Shown here one piece after another: positions 59,448 through 64,000 of a DNA stretch of 64,000 bases; position 1 is the stretch's first letter; the number at the start of each line of letters is the position of its first letter. The stretch comes from the human T2T-CHM13v2.0 reference genome, Homo sapiens. The notes beneath the pieces were generated by a model, which saw only the letters and a list, made by a program, of their open reading frames with translations, made no database searches and had not been told where the DNA came from. The stretch is taken from assembly GCF_009914755.1 (NCBI RefSeq), contig NC_060938.1; one strand, given 5' to 3'. Made by a program: the position numbers and the translations under genes.

Positions 59448-60538
59448 CTACTCTAGGGCACCTGTCCCGCCTTGAGCTGGAGGGCGAGGCCTGGGCTGGC
59501 TTACTTGCACATGGTGGGCATGTGTGAGTTGTGTCACAACATGGGGTTTTGGGCTCTGCAGAGAGAAGATTGGGAGTTACTCAGATCTGGGAGGAGAGGT
59601 GTCTGAGCTGAGGGAGTGGAGATCTTGGCCTTTGGGGTGGGCTTAGGTCAGGGGCAGGGTCTTCCCGGATATGGCTCTTGGCCAGTCTGAGTGCAGCACC
59701 TGCCCCTTTGTGCGCAGGGCCTGGGGTAGGGGCTTCCAGCCTGTGGCTGCCTGGAGCCTGGTGGAAAAAGCCAGAAGACCCTCTCCCTGAGCATGAGTGG
59801 GGCGGGCAGAGGCCTCCGGGTGAGGAGACAGATGGGGCCTGCCTTGCTGCCCTGGACTGGGGCTGCACAGCCGGGGTACGTCCAGGCAAGAGGGCTGAGC
59901 CTGGCTTCCAGCAGACACCCTCCCTCCCTGTGCTGGCCTCTCACCAACTGTCTTGTCCACCTTGGTGTTGCTGGGCTTGTGATCTACGTTGCAGGTGTAG
60001 GTCTGGGTGCCCAAGCTGCTGGAGGGCACGGTCACCACGCTGCTGAGGGAGTAGAGTCCTGAGGACTGTAGGACAGCCGGGAAGGTGTGCACGCTTCTGG
60101 TCAGGGCCCCTGAGTTCCACGACACCGTCACCGGTTCGGGGAAGTAGTCCTTGACCAGGCAGCCCAGGGCCGCTGTGCCCTCAGAGACGCTCCTGGAGGA
60201 GGGCACCAGGGGGAAGACCGATGGGCCCTTGGTGGAGGCTGCAAGAGAGGTGGTGCCATGTGACCGCGGTGTGGGACAGAGCTGGGCCCAGGGTGCAGAG
60301 GCCCCTCGGTTCTTGTCTATCCGCGAGGGTCCAGGCAGGGTCCAGTGTCTGGGCTCACGGGCATTGGGTGTGCACCTGGCTGGTGCCACCTGCCTCACCT
60401 TAGCCCCCTCCCTGCCCCAAAGCCAAGGTCAGGTCCCGCCCGCCCCAGAAAGCTTGCAGGACCGGTGGCCCTGTGGTGCCCTTCTGCAGGCACCCCTGCA
60501 GCCTAGGGGGCGGGGCTCGGCAGCCAGGTCAGTGCTTT

Positions 60539-60601
60539 GTCTCAAAAAAAACAAAAACAAAAACAAAAAACAAAACAAAACAAAAAACAAACAAATAAAA
60601 A
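60539..60601 (+). repeat. A-rich tail (gtctc + (aaaac)n), probably the 3' remnant of an Alu
   Basis: gtctcaaaaaaaacaaaaac matches an Alu terminus. Confidence 0.65.
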
Positions 60602-60657
60602 GTTGTAAAAGGATTGTGGAAAAGGGATCTTATGTGGTCAAAGGCGGCTGTGATTGG

Positions 60658-60959
<302 letters not shown>

Positions 60960-60962
60960 GGA

Positions 60963-61265
60963 TTTATTTATTTATTTATTTTTGAGACAGGGTCCCACTG
61001 TGTTGCCTAGGCAGCAGTGCAGTGGCACTCAGCACTGAGGCTGAGGGAGGTTGAGGTGGGAGGGCTCAAGCAATCCTCCCACCTCAGCCTCCCAAGTAGC
61101 TGGGACTACGGGCACGTGCCACCATGCCTGGCCAATTTTTTTTTTGTATTTTTTGTAGAGACAGGGCTTCCCCATGTTGCCCAGGCTGATCTCAAACTCC
61201 TGGGCTTAAGTGATCCACCCTCCTGGAATGCTGGGACTACAGGTGTAAGCCACCTTGCCCAGCCT
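60963..61265 (-). mobile_element. Older Alu (AluJ-like), diverged
   Basis: gagacagggtc..gggctcaagcaatcctcccacctcagcctcccaagtagctgggactac. Confidence 0.85.
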
Positions 61266-61395
61266 GGATGGAATTATTTATAAGGTTTAATTAAAATTAG
61301 CTTTAATATTAACAGTTCATGTGAAACTAGAATTTGGTCTTCTCTGTTAAAGTGACAGTTTTCTGGAATATTGGTCTGCTCTTCATTATGGCAGG

Positions 61396-63708
61396 TTTTT
61401 CTTTTTTTTTTTTCACCTTGAAAAATATATATTTACAGGAACAATTCCCCATTCTCTGGGACTCTTTAGAAAAAAAAAAGGTCCATTTTGGGGAAGCAAA
61501 ACAGTGGAGACGAGTGTAGCACCGTCCCCCAAATCACCAACCCCCAGGTCCCAAGGCCTGGGCTGGGCCAGGGCTGACAGGGAAGCCCAGGAGTCTTTTG
61601 AACCCACTCTTCCTGCCTAGAATAGAGACAGGACAGGCTTTATGTCCCCCATTCCTCCCTCCCACCTCCAGGGACATTGAAAGTGTCCTTTGTACCTACC
61701 TGTAGGAAATTGGGGGGCTGGGAGGGAGGGAACTGAAAATACACATTTGTTATCAAAAATAAACATCTGGGGGGGAGGCGGCAGGAAGATTCCCTCCCAA
61801 ATCCCTTTCTTCACACCCACCCCACCAAATATAGGAAGAGATGACTCCCTCTCCCCTATTGAAAAGCCCCATTTAAAAATAGATTATACTATCAAAATGG
61901 CAGCAGGGGAGAGACAGGGAGACCTGGAGTACTGGCTGGAGGGGCCCCCCCAGACAGGAACCACCCCCACAAAACCCCTCCATGGGAGGAAACAGGCAGG
62001 ACCCCAGGGAGTTTGGCAGACAAAGGAATGGCTTCTCAGGGGGAAGAAGAACAAAGGGACATTCCTCCCTGGCCAAAAAGTTGGTTAAAAAAGGATAAGC
62101 TGTCTGAGAGAAAGGTTGAGGAGGTGGAAATTTCTATTCCAAGGGTGTGATTCTGCCTTGGCCAAGACTCCCAACCCATTAAATGGTACAAATTCTTCCT
62201 GGACCCCGAGTATGGCCAGGAATAATAAAACGAAACTAACTTCTACTCACATCCTAAAATGGACACAGGGCTCCCTCATCTCCCCACGGGCAGGCCGAGG
62301 AATGAAGAAAGAAAGGTCGTTCTCAAGCCAGACCCCGATTGTCCTGTCTTGGGGAAAAAAGCGGGGAGGTGGGGGAGACGTCCTGACCACCCTAATAGGT
62401 TAGGTCAGGCGCTTCCCAGTGGCCTTCAAAAAATAAATAAATAAACCGCCCCTACCATTGAAGTAGGAGACGTGTCAGGGCAGCCACTGGGGGACGGACA
62501 GAAAAGAGAGAAAAGAGAGAAGCTGTGGAAGCTGAGTGTTTTCTGTGGAGGAGTTAATGAGAGTCACTCCTGGGAGAAATCCTTCCCAAGGATCCCCACC
62601 CCACCACAATCAGAGCATGAGTCTTTCAGTTGAACTGTGTTTCTCCTTGAGAGAGCACGGATGGAGGGACCCCAGAAGGGGTGGTGGTGCTGGTGGTGGT
62701 CATGGCCTCTGGGGCCCTGGCGAGAGCACCGCGGGGGTCGAGAGGCCAGCCACGCCGATGGAAGGGATGTGCACCTGGGCGCCGCCACTGGACGGAAGCT
62801 GGCAGGAGAGCTTGGCCGGGCTGCGGGGCGCAGCGGGACTCAGGCTGCTCCGGAAGTGAACGCTGGGAGGCAGCGAGCTGGGTGTCAGCAGCGCCGGGGT
62901 CAACGTGTGCGTAGGAAGCAGGGACAGGGTCAGCGCCGGCCTCGGCGCCTGGAGGCCGGAGCCAGTTCCCGATCCTGGGGTCCGTTCGGGTCCCGGCGCA
63001 CCTAGCAGGCTCGGGCTGAGTGGAAGCTCTAGGTCCCGGGGCTTCCGGCCCTTCTGCGGCTGGGAGATCTGAGGGCTGGAAGCCGCGTGGCCGCCCGCCT
63101 GCCCTGCGGTGTCCATAAGGACCTCGGCAGCCACGCTGGCACGCCCTCCTGTGGAGGGACTTCAGGCTCGGCCTTGGCGGTTTCTGGCACGAACCCTCTC
63201 TCCCCCGCGAATTCCAGCTCTTCCTCGGGCCCTTCCACTTCCACTTCCGGGGGCAAAGGGCGGCGCAAGCCCGGCTCCACATTCGGCTCTTCCAATTTCA
63301 GGTTTGGGGCCTCGGGCGGGGTCAGGATGACCTGCAGAGGGAAGCCGGCTTCCTCAGCCTCCAGGCAGGCCTCCCAGGGGCTTGGACTGCAGGAGCTGCG
63401 TTGGGGAGCACCGCTGCAGGCCGAGGCTGAGGGGGTGGCTGCGGCTGCAGAGACTGGATGGTGAAGGTGGAACAGAGGCCCGAGCGCATGTACTTGTTCC
63501 GGCTGTTGCGCGCCAAACCGCCAGGGCCTGCCATTCCTGCACCCTTGGGTGTGCCTGGCTTTCCTGAGGCAGTGCCCCCTGGGGCGGCATGTGCAGCAGC
63601 AGGGGCCACAACTGCCATGGTGAAGTAACCGACACCTCTGGGTGGGGCGGGCAGTCCTCACTCAGTGGAGCACCCTGCGACCTCAGGATAGGACACAAAC
63701 TTGTAGAC
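61396..63708 (-). pseudogene. ELK2AP: ELK1 processed pseudogene: 5'-truncated at the end of the ETS domain, frameshifted, stop at 62700-62702, with 3'UTR and polyA remnant at 61396-61413
   Basis: Intronless fragments [33 protein letters not shown] (B-box), KGRKPRDLELPLSP (D domain) and SPAKLS..LSPGPQRP in different frames. The A/B paralogue label is from recalled gene order next to IGHGP. Confidence 0.9.
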
Positions 63709-63710
63709 TT

Positions 63711-64000
63711 AATGCCATGTCAAATTTGTTCTCTATCTTGAGCGGGGATCCAGAATCGAATAGTAAAAGAACATTAACTCCAGAGGCCACGAAAGAAATT
63801 GAATTAGTTGAAGAAAAAATTCAGCCAGCACAAGTAAATAGAATAGACCACTTAGCCCCACTCCGACTTTTGATTTTTGCTACTGCACATTCTCCAACAG
63901 GCATCATTGTTCAAAACACAGATCTTGTGGAGTGGTCCTTCCTTCCTCACAGTACGATTAAGACTTTTACATTGCACTTGGATCAAACGGCTACATTAAT
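63711..64000 (+). mobile_element. HERV-K (betaretrovirus-like) pol fragment, RT thumb/connection region, continuing off-window
   Basis: Frame from ATG 63717 reads [90 protein letters not shown], closely resembling recalled HERV-K Pol. Confidence 0.9.

Overview
This is not microbial DNA. It is the human (or near-identical hominid) immunoglobulin heavy-chain constant locus (IGHC, 14q32.33), with all Ig genes on the minus strand. Left to right it contains: (1) the I-gamma promoter and upstream flank of a gamma gene that lies off-window to the left; (2) a complete IGHG4 (V309, R409) with M1/M2 exons, S-gamma and I-gamma; (3) a complete IGHG2 (T189/M282, G2m(23)-type) with S-gamma and I-gamma; (4) the switch-less but open-frame IGHGP; (5) two Alus; (6) the ELK1 processed pseudogene (ELK2AP); (7) a HERV-K pol fragment running off the end. 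Positions 1-8103 recur almost perfectly at 19599-27701 (offset 19,598 bp), which points to a haplotype with a tandem IGHG4 duplication. The structure least explained by standard annotation is a ~650-700 bp inverted-repeat pair that brackets each S-gamma/I-gamma/promoter module, next to a 21-bp Ets-motif VNTR that has 12 units at gamma4 and ~64 at gamma2. I found no new protein-coding system; most listed ORFs are GC- or repeat-driven noise. Repeat subfamily names and allele comparisons come from recalled consensus sequences, not database searches.
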